The position numbers and the translations under genes were made by a program. A DNA stretch of 20,000 nt from Halocafeteria seosinensis (Eukaryota), in the NCBI GenBank assembly GCA_001687465.1, contig LVLI01000277.1:59702-79701 (forward strand). Direction: 5' to 3'. Position 1 is the first letter of the stretch. Each line of letters begins with the position of its first letter. The notes beneath the pieces were generated by a model. That model did not search any database and had not been told where the DNA came from. It saw only the letters and a list, made by a program, of their open reading frames with translations. Shown piece by piece: positions 19,525 through 20,000 of the stretch.

Positions 19525-19736
19525 AAATTTCGCACACTCTAGGTAGCAGAGAGAAATCTTTCTTCTTGTTGCAAGTAAACACTCAACATTGCATGTGCTG
19601 TATGGATACGAATTGCATAGGTAGTTTTGCTTGCATCCACTCATCACGCCACTGTGAGTGGCCATGAAAGCTCCACGGTTGAAGCATGGTGAGTGATTCA
19701 CATCAGAACGTTTCGATGGCTGCCATCCGCAATCTC

Positions 19737-19759
19737 TGTAGAGAGAAACATGCTGTTAC
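19737..19759 (+). promoter_or_regulatory. Conserved upstream motif (copy 5)
   Basis: TGTAGAGAGAAACATGCTGTTAC, one mismatch to the other two copies. Confidence 0.5.
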
Positions 19760-19895
19760 AAGAGAAGTAGCAGTTTCATGTACTGATTGTTATACCTAAT
19801 TCTTACTCTTCCGGCAACAACAATTCTTGAAGAACACATAACCCCGGGTGACATAAGAGGTGCATGCCATAATTGGAGCAGCATTTCGGAGGACT

Positions 19896-20000
19896 ATGAA
19901 GTCGAGGAGGGGCTACCGGTTTGTCCTTCTGTGTCTGATAATAACGCAAGTAACCACAAACACGTACGTGTACGCCTATTCGGATGGTGACCTCCGGAAG
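19896..20000 (+). CDS. Gly-rich (GLUG-like) repeat protein, array copy 5; 5' end only, runs off the window
   Basis: MKSRRGYRFVLLCLIITQVTTNTYVYAYSDGDLRK matches the leader and SDGDLRK start of copies 2 and 3. Confidence 0.82.
   Translation, partial: MKSRRGYRFVLLCLIITQVTTNTYVYAYSDGDLRK

Noticed and set aside
174..19701. Many short antisense or alternative-frame ORFs overlapping the called genes (e.g. 174-530, 1429-1764, 5261-5713, 6930-7316, 10233-10523, 19291-19701)
   Set aside because: Shadow frames of real coding sequence with no independent motifs.

Overview
Eukaryotic genomic DNA, probably from a flagellated protist (short 64-79 nt spliceosomal introns, a SAS6-like gene fragment). Bases 1-3.7 kb hold three intron-containing genes: SOSS-B/NABP single-stranded DNA-binding protein, Mn-superoxide dismutase and an SCI1-like nuclear protein. 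After a (CA)n/(TA)n microsatellite with an NN gap, the window becomes an accessory region whose intact genes have no introns. It contains a chromodomain relic, a compact prokaryote-type archaemetzincin, and a non-RD TKL/RIPK-like kinase with eight N-terminal basic K-x-x-G-x-P-D-M-R-[YF] repeats. It then carries a tandem array of at least 5 paralogues of a probably secreted Gly-rich (GLUG-like) repeat protein: one intact, one broken only at a C14T8 tract, two decayed and one running off the window. The array is mixed with a truncated SAS6L fragment, a 152-bp inverted duplication that could form hairpin RNA, and a ~72-bp minisatellite. The two best candidates for novel biology are the repeat-bearing kinase (possible nucleic-acid sensor) and the variable secreted array with possible on/off and RNA-silencing control. 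All family assignments come from motif recognition; no searches were run.
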